A stretch of DNA of 64,000 nucleotides from the NCBI RefSeq assembly GCF_049075655.1, contig NZ_CP157522.1, positions 544,001 to 608,000 on the forward strand. Reading direction: 5' to 3'. The DNA comes from Methanothermococcus sp. Ax23. Its GTDB lineage: Archaea; AGJL01; Methanococci; Methanococcales; Methanococcaceae. Made by a program: the position numbers and the translations under genes. Under the pieces are notes generated by a model. The model was not told the DNA's origin. It searched no databases and worked only from the letters and a program-made list of their open reading frames with translations. This document shows, piece after piece, positions 1 to 10,714 of this stretch. How positions within the stretch are numbered: the first letter of the stretch is position 1; the number at the start of each line of letters is the position of its first letter.

Positions 1-1
1 A

Positions 2-1708
2 TATGCCGTAAAATCTGAGGATACCTATGATGCAGAAGAGGATAACCCAATAACATTAAAAATTGTGGATAGCGTAAAGGCCGGGGAATTTTCAGATGTT
101 GAAATTAAAAATGGAGAGTGCATAGAAATAGCCACCGGAGCTCCTATTCCAAAAGGGGCAAATGCTGTTGTTATGGTGGAATATACTGAAAAAGAAAATG
201 GTATGGTAAAAATATATAAACCTGTTTCGCCCCACGAAAATATTCAATACTGTGGTAGCGATATAATGGCAGGGGAGCTCATCTTAAGAAAAAATACTAT
301 TCTTTCACCAAGGGATATAGGGGCATTATCTGCAATCGGAAGGGATAAAATAAAAGTTAAAAAGAAAATTAATATAGGATTAATATCAACAGGAAACGAA
401 CTAATAAACCCTGATGAATCTCCAAAACCTTACAAAATTTATGATGTAAATACATACACCCTTGCATCTTCAATATTGGAAAAAGGGTGGAATTTTAAAT
501 TCTATGGAATTGTTAAGGATAATAAAAAAGACTTAATGGAATCCATAAAAAATGCAATTGATGACGACAACGATATTGTAATATTAAGCGGTGGAACATC
601 AGCAGGAGTTGGAGATTTAACTGCAAATGTAATAGAAGAACTTGGGGGACGTGTTCTTATCCATGGGATAAAGATAAAACCGGGAAAACCAACAATCATA
701 GGAACCATAAAACATAAATCAACTTCTGGAAATAAAGAAAAACTAATTGTAGGTCTTCCAGGGTATCCAACATCATGCCTAACAATTTTTGATGTGCTCT
801 TTAATGAAAAGGGAAAAACTATAACTGGCCATTTCCCAATTAGATATATGTCCGCAAAGGGAAGGACAGAATACTTACCTGTATCAATTATTAAAGGAAA
901 TGAGGGATATGTGGTTTATCCAATTACAAAGGGGAGTGGTGCTATCACGTCCTTAACCTATGCGGATGGATATGTTGTTATAGATGAAAATAAAGAAATA
1001 CTGGAAGATGAAAATGTAGAGGTTCATTTATTTGGAAATATATTATTTGGGTTAAATATAATAGGTAGTCATTGTGTGGGCATAGATGAGATACTTAGAA
1101 AAGGAAACATTTTTGCAAAAACAATAAATGTTGGCTCTCTTGGTGGATTGATGGCCATTAAAAGAGGGGAAGCAGATATTGCAGGTATTCACTTACTTGC
1201 AGATAATGGGGAGTATAATATACCTTTTATCAAAAAGTATAGGGTTAAAAACGCCGTTCTTGTAAGGGGATATATTAGAAGGCAAGGTTTTATGTTTAAA
1301 AAGGAGCTCGGTATAAATACAATAGATGACATTGTGAAAAATATTAAAAAATACAAATTCATAAACAGGAACAAAGGAGCAGGGACGAGGATTCTATTTG
1401 ATAAATTTTTAAAGGAAAATAAGATTAATAAAAACGATATAAATGGCTACGAAATTGAGGCAAAAACTCACTCTGCTGTTGGTGCATCTGTTGCCATGGG
1501 GAAAGTGGATATTGGTGTGGGAATTGAAACAATAGCTGAAAAATATGAGCTCGGGTTTATACCCATTGGTGATGAATATTATGATTTTCTCATTAAGTCA
1601 GATAAATTAGAAGATGAGGATGTAATGAAGTTTATTGAAACCCTTAAAAAAGTCGAATTGCCATTTAAAAAACCTGAAAATTGTGGAGAGATTATATTTA
1701 AGTGCTAA
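2..1708 (+). CDS. moeA: Molybdopterin molybdenumtransferase MoeA fused to a periplasmic-binding (PBP) domain; 5'-partial
   Basis: Frame is open from base 2 (YAVKSED...). MoeA motifs [31 protein letters not shown]; C-terminal PBP domain ([16 protein letters not shown]). Confidence 0.9.
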   Translation, partial: YAVKSEDTYDAEEDNPITLKIVDSVKAGEFSDVEIKNGECIEIATGAPIPKGANAVVMVEYTEKENGMVKIYKPVSPHENIQYCGSDIMAGELILRKNTILSPRDIGALSAIGRDKIKVKKKINIGLISTGNELINPDESPKPYKIYDVNTYTLASSILEKGWNFKFYGIVKDNKKDLMESIKNAIDDDNDIVILSGGTSAGVGDLTANVIEELGGRVLIHGIKIKPGKPTIIGTIKHKSTSGNKEKLIVGLPGYPTSCLTIFDVLFNEKGKTITGHFPIRYMSAKGRTEYLPVSIIKGNEGYVVYPITKGSGAITSLTYADGYVVIDENKEILEDENVEVHLFGNILFGLNIIGSHCVGIDEILRKGNIFAKTINVGSLGGLMAIKRGEADIAGIHLLADNGEYNIPFIKKYRVKNAVLVRGYIRRQGFMFKKELGINTIDDIVKNIKKYKFINRNKGAGTRILFDKFLKENKINKNDINGYEIEAKTHSAVGASVAMGKVDIGVGIETIAEKYELGFIPIGDEYYDFLIKSDKLEDEDVMKFIETLKKVELPFKKPENCGEIIFKC

Positions 1709-1832
1709 TATTGCATACCTGCCCAATATTTGTAATATATCAATGAAATAATGAAGATAAATGGAAATATTTATATGCTGGAAAATATAAAACAAAATTT
1801 AAGATTATATATAACAATGTTGGTGGTATGTT

Positions 1833-2438
1833 GTGGAAGAAACCGGCAAAAATACTGAACTAATAGAAAGATTAGCAAAAGAATTACATAACATTTGGAT
1901 TGAAAAATTAAAACACATCTTGGCAGGGGATGAACCACTTGATGATGAAATAGTTAAAAAATTGGAAAATCACATAACAACATGGGATGACCTTGATGAA
2001 GAATCAAAAGAAAAAAATAGATTGGAAGCTTCAAATTTATTAAAAATAGTAGGGGATAATGAATATAAAAAAATATTTGTATATGGGACATTAAGACGAG
2101 GATGCGGCAATTATTACGCATTTTTGGATAGGTCAGACGTTAAGTTTTGCGGCGTGGAAAAAAAACATGGATATGCATTATATAGTAATAATATAGTGGC
2201 ATACATGGTTAAAACCGGCAACAAAGAAGATTACGTCGTTGGTGAAGTGTATCTAGTTCCCGATAAAATCTACAAAAAAATTAGCCAGATGAACACAGGT
2301 GCAAATTACAAAGAAGTCTATGAAGATGGAGAAATTTTTTGGACCTATGAAAAACCACTTCCAAACGCTGTAAAAATTGAAAGTGGAGATTACCTCAAAT
2401 ACAATAAGCAGTTTCTGGAATACAATATATTAAGTTAA
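1833..2438 (+). CDS. RyR-like domain fused to a gamma-glutamylcyclotransferase (AIG2/GGACT-like) domain
   Basis: N-terminal LAKELHNIW...WDDLDEESKEKNR resembles a RyR repeat; C-terminal IFVYGTLRRG and VVGEVY are the GGCT-like signature; GGTGG RBS upstream. Confidence 0.7.
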   Translation: MEETGKNTELIERLAKELHNIWIEKLKHILAGDEPLDDEIVKKLENHITTWDDLDEESKEKNRLEASNLLKIVGDNEYKKIFVYGTLRRGCGNYYAFLDRSDVKFCGVEKKHGYALYSNNIVAYMVKTGNKEDYVVGEVYLVPDKIYKKISQMNTGANYKEVYEDGEIFWTYEKPLPNAVKIESGDYLKYNKQFLEYNILS

Positions 2439-2439
2439 A

Positions 2440-3027
2440 TTATAACCTTAAAATATCTTTTAAATCCATTCCTCTCATTATCTTGTTTCTTATATCTGAC
2501 TCTTTCTTTTTTATACTCTTTACATTTTCAATTATTTCATTTATTTTACATCTTTCAATTACTGCAACACCGTTGCAATCTCCAACAATAATATCTCCCG
2601 GATTTATGAGCTCCCCTCCACACACAATGGGGACATTAATTTCTCCCATATCCAGCGGTTTTCCAGCATTTGGAACATTGTATTTTGAAAATACTGGAAA
2701 TTTTAAGTTATTTATCTCTTCAACATCCCTTACACTTCCATCAATTACAACAGCTATTACTCCTTTTAGCTTTGCATTCAAAGTGGCTAATCCGCCCCAT
2801 ATGGCAGTTTTTTCCCCTTCTGCATCAATCACTATTATTTTATTTCTTCCATAGCTTATTGCCTTCACAGCGGTTCCCCAGTCATTTGAAGTGGTTTTTA
2901 CAGTAATTGCCTCTCCAAAAATAATTCTTTGATTTTGATTTATCGGTTTAATGTCCTTTAACACCTTTGCACCAGCATCATATAGGTTTGGGACCGACAC
3001 TTCTTTTAAAAATCTCATAAGCATCAT
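2440..3027 (-). CDS. RraA family protein
   Basis: AIWGGL, VIDGSVRD and INPGDIIVGDCNGV motifs. Confidence 0.85.
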   Translation of the reverse strand: MMLMRFLKEVSVPNLYDAGAKVLKDIKPINQNQRIIFGEAITVKTTSNDWGTAVKAISYGRNKIIVIDAEGEKTAIWGGLATLNAKLKGVIAVVIDGSVRDVEEINNLKFPVFSKYNVPNAGKPLDMGEINVPIVCGGELINPGDIIVGDCNGVAVIERCKINEIIENVKSIKKKESDIRNKIMRGMDLKDILRL

Positions 3028-3085
3028 TTGCAGTTTTTATTAAAAAAATAATTATAATAGTTTTTATATGTGTTATAATTACAAT

Positions 3086-4159
3086 TTATTTATTTTTTCT
3101 TTTTTTCTTCAATTCCACAAGTTTTTTAACTGCATCCATATTTACATCTTCCTCAACTTCGATATATCCATTATCATATGCTCTTTCAATGAATCCATTT
3201 CCCCATTTGTTTCTTACTAAAACTGTTGAGTACCCCTCAGGAGTTCCCACATTTCCTACGGATATATCGGATGTAATACCTGTGAAATCACCGCATACTT
3301 TGCATCCCTCTCTCATGGCATACTCCACATCTTTCAATTTAAATTCAATGGAGTTTCCATTCATAAGTTTAATTATTAATTTACCTTTCTCTATATCCAT
3401 TTTTTGAACTTCCCATGGATTTATATTGTTTTCTTCCAATATTGTCATCATTTTATCATAATCGTAAGTTTCAAAACAGAAAAGACCTATTTTTAACCTT
3501 ATAGCATCTTTAAATGGCTTTAAAAGGTCATTGTCTGATGCCATTATCTGATAAACTGCATTCATTACACATGGAGTTCCAACAACTGCTATTCTCTTTA
3601 ATTTTTTAACCATTACTGCCTCTTTAAGAGCTCTGAGTATTGGAACATTCCAGTTATATCTGCTTCCTGATGATTTTAGAACTTCCTCTTTTGATGTAGC
3701 CAAATAGGACTCTGGTTCCATTGTCCATTTATCCTCCATCATTACAAGAGCTCCGTCAATAAGACCTTCGTCAAAGGCATTTGCTAAAATTGCGGTTACC
3801 ACTCCACCGTTCTGGGAGCCTTTTATTTCAATTTTTGACTTTGCCTTTAATTTTTTCAATGTTTTACCAATTCCCTTTTCAATTGAAGGAATAAGAGGTT
3901 TTTCTGTTCTCGGACAGGCATCATAACAGGCTCCGCAGGGAACATCGTAAAGGGTAACTTTACAGAACTCAGCAGAAACAGGATATTCTATTTCTTCCAC
4001 AGGTGCTATGATGCAGGCACATTCATCACATACAAATTTTACAGGGCTATCCTCTTTAAAGTATATATTATCCACGGGACAAACTGCAACACATGCACCA
4101 CATCCAGAACATATATTCTTATCCCATACTTCCTCTTTTAAATTTAGATATGATTTCAT
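3086..4159 (-). CDS. FrhB/FdhB-family F420-binding Fe-S subunit, probably part of glutamate synthase
   Basis: CSGCGACVAVCP, QNGGVVT, VGTPC, IGLFCFE, GCKVCGDF and DISVG motifs; lies at the end of the glt cluster. Confidence 0.85.
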   Translation of the reverse strand: MKSYLNLKEEVWDKNICSGCGACVAVCPVDNIYFKEDSPVKFVCDECACIIAPVEEIEYPVSAEFCKVTLYDVPCGACYDACPRTEKPLIPSIEKGIGKTLKKLKAKSKIEIKGSQNGGVVTAILANAFDEGLIDGALVMMEDKWTMEPESYLATSKEEVLKSSGSRYNWNVPILRALKEAVMVKKLKRIAVVGTPCVMNAVYQIMASDNDLLKPFKDAIRLKIGLFCFETYDYDKMMTILEENNINPWEVQKMDIEKGKLIIKLMNGNSIEFKLKDVEYAMREGCKVCGDFTGITSDISVGNVGTPEGYSTVLVRNKWGNGFIERAYDNGYIEVEEDVNMDAVKKLVELKKKRKNK

Positions 4160-4277
4160 GATTCCACCGTTTTTTATTTCTTATTTCATATTTCTTACGT
4201 CCTTCTTGTTATTCCTTTCGCCTATTTTATTTTTATTTTTACTTTTACTTTTTTCTATTTTCGCCATATTTCTCTTT

Positions 4278-5069
4278 TTATCTCAAATCAGGAGTGTATA
4301 GTTTTCCAAATGGTCTTTTTGATATTGGAGCTATTTTAGTATATTCTGAATTTATCAATTTATTTTTTAATTCATCACTTAAACCAAATTCTTTGCAGAA
4401 TTCCTCTATATATGGAGTAATTCTTTTCCTGTCCTCTTCTGTAAATTCTTTAATATCAGCAGCCACTCCAAGCTGTGATTCATCGACTTTTCCCCTAATA
4501 TATATGCTCCCGCCGTGAATACCTGTTCCAATCATTTTTCCGCCAATTTTACCCAAATCATTTCCTTCATTGTCAATATTTAATACAACTATAACTCCTC
4601 CTGCCATATACTCTCCTAAAAAGTCCTTAGCAGTTCCTCCAATAACCAATACAGGGAATTTATCCTTATATTCTTTCATGTGAATACCGCTTCTATATCC
4701 TACGTCATCTCTTACAAATACCTTCCCTCCTCTCATTGAATGCCCTGTCACATCTCCTCCACTTCCATGGACAACAATTTTACCATCATCCATGGTGTTT
4801 CCAGGTGCATGGTCGGTATTTCCATGAACTATAATTATAGGACCGTTCATGAACATTCCAAGGTCTCCACCGGGAACTCCATATATTTCAATAACTAAAT
4901 CCTTTTTTTGAATTCCATTTCCTATAAATCTTTGACCTAAGACATTTTTTAAAATAATTTTTTTTACATTAGGGTTTTCATTTAGTATTTCATGGATTTT
5001 TTCGTTTAATTCCCTATATTCAAGGTCTTTTGCATCTAATACCACTTCCATATTTTCGACCTTTTCCAT
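4278..5069 (-). CDS. Glutamate synthase GXGXG (domain 3) subunit
   Basis: Repeated glycine-rich beta-helix motifs (GMFMNG, GHSMRGG, GEYMAGG, GIHGG). Confidence 0.85.
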   Translation of the reverse strand: MEKVENMEVVLDAKDLEYRELNEKIHEILNENPNVKKIILKNVLGQRFIGNGIQKKDLVIEIYGVPGGDLGMFMNGPIIIVHGNTDHAPGNTMDDGKIVVHGSGGDVTGHSMRGGKVFVRDDVGYRSGIHMKEYKDKFPVLVIGGTAKDFLGEYMAGGVIVVLNIDNEGNDLGKIGGKMIGTGIHGGSIYIRGKVDESQLGVAADIKEFTEEDRKRITPYIEEFCKEFGLSDELKNKLINSEYTKIAPISKRPFGKLYTPDLR

Positions 5070-5129
5070 TTTTTCACCTTTATAACTCTAAACTAAACTA
5101 AATATAAAATCTAAATGATAATATACATT

Positions 5130-6662
5130 TTACAATCCTGCATGTTTAATTCCTAATGCTTTTAACTCCACTTCGCTTAATCCTATTCCTCTCAATCTAT
5201 CTCTGTTTCCTCTCAAACTTTCAATGGAGTTAATTCCTGCGGCACCAAGCAATTCCTTAATTTCAAGAGTCCATGCTTTTATAAGGTTTGCAACTCTTTC
5301 AGCACCTTCTTCAACATCTAATCTATTTACGAGCTCAGGTTTTTGAGTTGCTATACCCCAAGCACACTGTCCTGTATAGCATCTACCACATACTCTACAT
5401 CCCATTGCCACCATTACTGCTGTTCCAACATAAACGGCGTCTGCACCAAGTGCTATTGATTTAAATACATCGGCGGAGTTTCTAATTCCTCCACTTGCTA
5501 TAATACTTATTTCGTTTCTTACACCTTCTTCTCTTAATCTCTCATCAACTGCTGCAATAGCCATTTCAATAGGTATTCCTACATTATCCCTAAATACCTT
5601 AGGAGCAGCTCCGGTTCCTCCTTTGAATCCATCGATTACAACTGCATCGGCATCGGATGTTGCTATACCATTTGCAATAGCTGCAACATTATGGACCGCA
5701 GCAATCTTAACAAATATTGGAACCTTCCATCTTGTAGCTTCTTTTAAACTTCTTACAAGCTGTGCTAAATCTTCAATTGAGTAAATATCATGGTGCGGAG
5801 CTGGGGAAATAGCATCACTACCTTCTGGAATCATCCTTGTCATTGAAACCTCAGCAGATACTTTTTCTCCTGGAAGGTGTCCTCCAATTCCAGGTTTTGC
5901 TCCCTGACCAATTTTTATCTCAATTGCTGCCCCTTTTGAAAGATACTCTTCATTAACTCCAAATCTACCACTTGCTATCTGTGTAATGATATTGTCTGCA
6001 TAAGGATAAAGGGTTCTATGTAATCCACCTTCTCCTGTTCCCATGAATGTTCCACATTCTTTAACTGCCCTTGCCATTGCCTGATGGGCATTTAATGATA
6101 GAGCTCCGTATGACATGTGAGCTATCATAATTGGTGTTTCCAACTTTAAGTTTGGAGCAACTTTGGTTTTTAATTTTGCTTTTTTAATTTTTTTGCCGTC
6201 AATTTCTTCTTCAACAAAATCGAATTCTAATTTTTTAGGTTTCTTACCTATGTATGTCCTTAACTCCATAGGTTCTCTTAATGGGTCGATGGATGGATTT
6301 GTAACCTGGCAAGCATCTAAAACGATTTTATCGTAGTAAATAGGATATTCTTTTGCATTTGCCATACCACTTAATAATATACAGCCTGTTCTGGACTGGT
6401 TTATTATATCTTCCCTTGCTTCCTTTGTCCATAATGGGTGTTCTCTCCAACATATTGGGTTTTCATGAATTGTTATTGCATCCCTAGGACACATTGAGAC
6501 ACATCTTTGACATGCACCGCATCTATTTGAGTATGTTATAATTCTGTCTCTTTCTCTTCTATAAACGCCCCATGAACATTCTTTTACACATCTTTCGCAC
6601 AACATACATCTATCGGGATTAACTTCAACTCTGTATTTTGGTGGAACTGTTGAAGGTATCAT
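5130..6662 (-). CDS. Glutamate synthase FMN-binding subunit with N-terminal 2x[4Fe-4S]
   Basis: MSYGALS, TGEGG, QIASGRFG, EIKIGQGAKPGIGGHLPG, ISPAPHHDIYSIEDL and CRVCGRCYTGQC motifs. Confidence 0.93.
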   Translation of the reverse strand: MIPSTVPPKYRVEVNPDRCMLCERCVKECSWGVYRRERDRIITYSNRCGACQRCVSMCPRDAITIHENPICWREHPLWTKEAREDIINQSRTGCILLSGMANAKEYPIYYDKIVLDACQVTNPSIDPLREPMELRTYIGKKPKKLEFDFVEEEIDGKKIKKAKLKTKVAPNLKLETPIMIAHMSYGALSLNAHQAMARAVKECGTFMGTGEGGLHRTLYPYADNIITQIASGRFGVNEEYLSKGAAIEIKIGQGAKPGIGGHLPGEKVSAEVSMTRMIPEGSDAISPAPHHDIYSIEDLAQLVRSLKEATRWKVPIFVKIAAVHNVAAIANGIATSDADAVVIDGFKGGTGAAPKVFRDNVGIPIEMAIAAVDERLREEGVRNEISIIASGGIRNSADVFKSIALGADAVYVGTAVMVAMGCRVCGRCYTGQCAWGIATQKPELVNRLDVEEGAERVANLIKAWTLEIKELLGAAGINSIESLRGNRDRLRGIGLSEVELKALGIKHAGL

Positions 6663-6702
6663 GATTTCACTCCTTTTTTATTTTTATTCGTTATCTTATA
6701 GA

Positions 6703-6837
6703 GCTCACAAGTGAGCGTAGAATATAAAATTGCTTCGCAATTTTAATTTCGGAGCGAAGCGGAGAGTTATAAAAATCACTTCGTGATTTTTATTTAATCG
6801 AAATCAGAGATTTCGATGCTAAAACTCCAAGAGTTTT
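6703..6837. repeat. Cluster of short palindromic units with mostly 3-nt loops
   Basis: TAAAATTGC-TTC-GCAATTTTA, ATAAAAATCAC-TTC-GTGATTTTTAT, ATCGAAATC-AGA-GATTTCGAT, AAAACTC-CAA-GAGTTTT, with a GGAGCGAAGCGGAGAG linker. Confidence 0.85.
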
Positions 6838-6913
6838 CCGAATATCCAATACCAAATATCCAATTTTTAACCATTAATAAAAAATAATTTAATTTTAATT
6901 TAATTAATTTTAT

Positions 6914-7999
6914 TTATTTTTCAACCCTTGCTATTACCGGCATTCCTGCATCAGGCATCCATACTTTATCCAATTCAGGACATATTTTTCTTATGGCTGC
7001 CTCTTCACTAGATACAAATGTTAAATCGTCTTTTTCAGCAGCAATAAGTGGTCTAAGTTTTATCCTATCTGTTAAGCCCACCATGGCATTTTCCTTTTCA
7101 ACATCTCCATTCATGAACATCATTCCTTCATGGGTACCCACGATTATTCCAAATGGACCGTTTAATGTTGCACCGCCGTATGTCATCCTAATTGCTTCAT
7201 GGATTTTTCTTTCCTCTTCTGGCATGTTGTCTATTTCTTTCCAGAATCTTGGAGCTACGGCACTCAATGCATACTCAACAGGTAGTTTGTGTTTTCTTAT
7301 CAATAAATCAAATATATATGCTACAACCTCTGTATCTGTTAGCATTCTGCATTTGTATCCAAAACTTTCAACATATCTTTTATTTGTTCCATAGCTTGTA
7401 ATTTCTCCATTATGAACAACTGACCAATTCAATAGGTTAAATGGGTGAGCTCCTCCCCACCATCCTCTTGTGTTTGTTGGGTATCTCGCATGCGATAACC
7501 ACATATATCCTTTATATTCATCTAATTTGTAAAATTCTGCTACTTCCATTGGCCATCCTGATGCCTTAAATACCCCTAAGTTCTTACCGCTTGAAAATAC
7601 AAATGCCCCGTCTATTTTATCGTTAATTTCCATAACAATTTTTACCATTGTGTCTTCTTCAACATCCTTGTATTTTTCATCAAAATCATAGAAGAATCTC
7701 CATGGTATATGTTCTTTTTCTAAGATTCCTTCTTTTGTTGGAATCTCCTCGTCTTTAAGCACGTATCCATATTTTTCCAGTGTGTTTTTTACTTTTTCTC
7801 TTATTCTGTCGTAATCTGGTGCGTTATCCAAAAAAACATGTATAGCATAGCTGTCTTTGAACTTTGGATATATTCCATATCCTACATAGCCTGAACCTTG
7901 TCCATTTCCTCTTTCTTTTAGGCTGTCCAGTGCTATGGCTATCTTATCTCCACTTATTAATCTTTTTTTTCTGCTCATAAAACCGATAATTCCGCACAT
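6914..7999 (-). CDS. Glutamate synthase class II glutamine amidotransferase subunit
   Basis: Starts MCG (Ntn catalytic Cys2) at ATG 7999 after a GGAGG RBS; SHARYPT, AHPF, HNGEI and TDTE motifs. Confidence 0.92.
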   Translation of the reverse strand: MCGIIGFMSRKKRLISGDKIAIALDSLKERGNGQGSGYVGYGIYPKFKDSYAIHVFLDNAPDYDRIREKVKNTLEKYGYVLKDEEIPTKEGILEKEHIPWRFFYDFDEKYKDVEEDTMVKIVMEINDKIDGAFVFSSGKNLGVFKASGWPMEVAEFYKLDEYKGYMWLSHARYPTNTRGWWGGAHPFNLLNWSVVHNGEITSYGTNKRYVESFGYKCRMLTDTEVVAYIFDLLIRKHKLPVEYALSAVAPRFWKEIDNMPEEERKIHEAIRMTYGGATLNGPFGIIVGTHEGMMFMNGDVEKENAMVGLTDRIKLRPLIAAEKDDLTFVSSEEAAIRKICPELDKVWMPDAGMPVIARVEK

Positions 8000-8162
8000 G
8001 GTAATCCTCCATTTGTGAGTTATACTAATATAAAAAAAGTCATTTATATAGCTTATCAAATAATCATATTAAAAAATTTTAAAAATTTGAATAGATATAT
8101 GATGTTATCATTTTTATATATTTTACCGTTATCAGTATATATTACTAACACATAATGAACAA

Positions 8163-8780
8163 TTACTCTCCCAATTCAACAGTTCCTACTCTGAATAAAG
8201 CTTTTATTGGAATACCCTCTATTTCTTTTATTCCACTTTTATCTATTATTACAACAGCTTTTTTTGGATTCCCTATATTTTTTAAATATTTTATAGTTTC
8301 TTTCATAGTATTTCCCGATGTCATTACATCATCCACAATTACAACATCTTTACCTTCAATACTTGGATAATTATGTCCTATAAATCCTGTGCTATTATCT
8401 TTACTGTGAAGATGCTTTTTAGGAATATATATTGAGAAATTTTTATCCATTTCTTCAGATATCAACGTTGCCAATGGAACCCCTCCTGTGGAAATGCCCA
8501 CAATTGCATCAAATTCCACATCTTTCAACATATCGCACATTATTAACGCTATATTTTTTAATCTTTTTGATGAAATCTTAATATTGTCCCATTCTACGAA
8601 TATATCTATGTTTTTACCTTTTTCTTCAATCTGCTTTTCCGGTTCTTTTAAAAGTTTTTCACCATTTAACACCAAATAAAGTGCAGTATCTACGGATATA
8701 TTCAATTCTTCTGCAATATCTGCGGTTGTAAATCCTACATCCCTCAATTTAAGTGCCTTTATTATGAGGTCTTTTTTCAT
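8163..8780 (-). CDS. HTH plus phosphoribosyltransferase-like protein (PyrE-like/GfcR family)
   Basis: N-terminal HTH ([12 protein letters not shown]) and PRPP loop [11 protein letters not shown]. Confidence 0.8.
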   Translation of the reverse strand: MKKDLIIKALKLRDVGFTTADIAEELNISVDTALYLVLNGEKLLKEPEKQIEEKGKNIDIFVEWDNIKISSKRLKNIALIMCDMLKDVEFDAIVGISTGGVPLATLISEEMDKNFSIYIPKKHLHSKDNSTGFIGHNYPSIEGKDVVIVDDVMTSGNTMKETIKYLKNIGNPKKAVVIIDKSGIKEIEGIPIKALFRVGTVELGE

Positions 8781-8901
8781 AACATCACCAATAATTCTTT
8801 TAATCCTATATACATTATATGTTATTATTTATTTAATTTTGTATTATTTCATCATATTCAATATATTCAATATTAAATTATTATTTTTAATTCATTTACC
8901 G

Positions 8902-8966
8902 AAAGTTTTATATATTGACTACTATCTATATATTCAAAACATTCAAAAAATTTTGAACAAAATGAA
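8902..8966 (+). promoter_or_regulatory. BRE/TATA plus inverted-repeat operator upstream of the GbsR-like gene
   Basis: AAAGTTTTATATA followed by nested TTCA..TTCA / TGAA..TGAA inverted repeat (8933-8966), consistent with autorepression. Confidence 0.55.
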
Positions 8967-8999
8967 CAATATATATTACCATATAGATGCGGTGAGCTC

Positions 9000-9464
9000 A
9001 TGGATGAAGTAAAAAAAACGATAATAGAGTTATTTTCTGAAATTGCAAAAATTCACGGGCTAAGTAAATCAGTTGGAGAGGTTTATGCAGTGGTATTCCT
9101 ATCAGATAAACCGCTCTGCATAGCTGATATAATGGAAGAACTGGGAATGAGTAAGGGAAATGTAAGTATGAATCTGAACAAGCTTGAAAAAATTGGGTTT
9201 ATCAAAAAGGTGTGGATTAAAGGGGAAAGAAAAAACTATTACGAATCAGTAGATGGATTTTCTTCCTTCAAAGATATAGCAAAGAAGAAATATGACGTCA
9301 TATCAAAAGCCTGCGATAAATTGGAAGAATTAAAAGAAAAATCTGATGAGAATGAAAGAGAGCTCATATCTAAAAAACTCAAACACATCAAAAAAATGAG
9401 GGATGTACCAAAGAAAATATTGGAAGTGCTTGAAAATATTGATAGCGACGATAACAATGATTAA
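9000..9464 (+). CDS. GbsR/MarR-family transcriptional regulator
   Basis: [11 protein letters not shown], winged helix [17 protein letters not shown]. Confidence 0.85.
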   Translation: MDEVKKTIIELFSEIAKIHGLSKSVGEVYAVVFLSDKPLCIADIMEELGMSKGNVSMNLNKLEKIGFIKKVWIKGERKNYYESVDGFSSFKDIAKKKYDVISKACDKLEELKEKSDENERELISKKLKHIKKMRDVPKKILEVLENIDSDDNND

Positions 9465-9488
9465 TTATAAGATTTTTGGTGGTAATGC

Positions 9489-10637
9489 ATGATTGAAAAG
9501 ATTTTAGGAAGAATTGCCCGCTTTTCAGAAAAGAAGCCGTTTTTAATGGTGGCAATTATTATAACACTTACAATATTTGCGGGACTGGAGGCAACAAATG
9601 TAAAATCCCAAACAGCCTTTGAAAAAATGCTTCCTCAGGACGACCCCATCATAAAAACGCTGTATGAGGTAAGGGACAATTTTGGAGGGACTGATATAAT
9701 TACAATTTGTATAAAATTGAAACCCTCCGATAGTCCAGATAAAGTGAATGACATACGAGACCCTCGAGTTCTGAGTTATGTAAAATTTTTAGAAGAGGAT
9801 TTAAATGGAATTGATGGAATTACAAAGATAAATTCGCCTGCGGATGTAATATTTCAAAAAAATGATGGAAAGGTTCCTAATGATATAGATACTGTAAAAG
9901 AAATATGTGAATCACTTACCGATGAAGAAAAAAGCAGGATTTTCAATTCCGAATATTCCATGGTAATTATTAATGCATATACAGATACAGGAGGAGACCA
10001 GAAAAAGCTTCTTAGATTAATGGATGATGTAAATGAAAGAATTAAGGATTCGCCAACACCTCCTGGGGTAGAAGTAGTATGCACAGGAACCCCCCCTATG
10101 AGAGACTTATTGAACACCCTCATGAAGGAAAGTCAGGTATTTACAACAACGGTTGGTGGAATTGGAATATTGTTTATATTATATCTGTATTTCAGAAAAC
10201 CTTTATCCACAGTTATGCCTCTAATTCCCGTATTGGTTGCAGTTGTATGGACTGGTGGAGCTATGGGAGTACTTGGAATTCCTGTGGATATGGCAACAGC
10301 AGGTATGGGTTCTTTACTTCTTGGTATGGGGATAGACTATGGAATTCACCTAATGCACCGGTATGAGGAAGAGAGGAAAAAGAAAATACCCAGTGATAAA
10401 GCAGTAGAAACCGCAGTTGTGAGCACAGGAACAGCAGTAATCGTCACAACAGCTACAACAGTAGTTGGTTTTCTTGCACTTGTGTTTGCCCCACTTCCTA
10501 TGATGGCTAACTTAGGTAAAGTATGTGCATTGGGTATCTTCTTCTGTATGGTTTCTGTGATTACATTACTTCCAGCAATGCTCATAATTGAAGAGAGATA
10601 TATTTTGCCATTAATTGGGAAGAATAGGGAAAAATAG
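9489..10637 (+). CDS. RND/MMPL-family (HAE3-like) membrane transporter, single module
   Basis: N-terminal TM, extracytoplasmic domain, further TMs, GMGIDYGIH motif. Confidence 0.85.
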   Translation: MIEKILGRIARFSEKKPFLMVAIIITLTIFAGLEATNVKSQTAFEKMLPQDDPIIKTLYEVRDNFGGTDIITICIKLKPSDSPDKVNDIRDPRVLSYVKFLEEDLNGIDGITKINSPADVIFQKNDGKVPNDIDTVKEICESLTDEEKSRIFNSEYSMVIINAYTDTGGDQKKLLRLMDDVNERIKDSPTPPGVEVVCTGTPPMRDLLNTLMKESQVFTTTVGGIGILFILYLYFRKPLSTVMPLIPVLVAVVWTGGAMGVLGIPVDMATAGMGSLLLGMGIDYGIHLMHRYEEERKKKIPSDKAVETAVVSTGTAVIVTTATTVVGFLALVFAPLPMMANLGKVCALGIFFCMVSVITLLPAMLIIEERYILPLIGKNREK

Positions 10638-10714
10638 TGAAAAAAGATAAATTAAAAGAGATATGGAGAAATAAAAAAATAAAAAATAGAAAAAATTAAA
10701 AATAAGGTGATATT

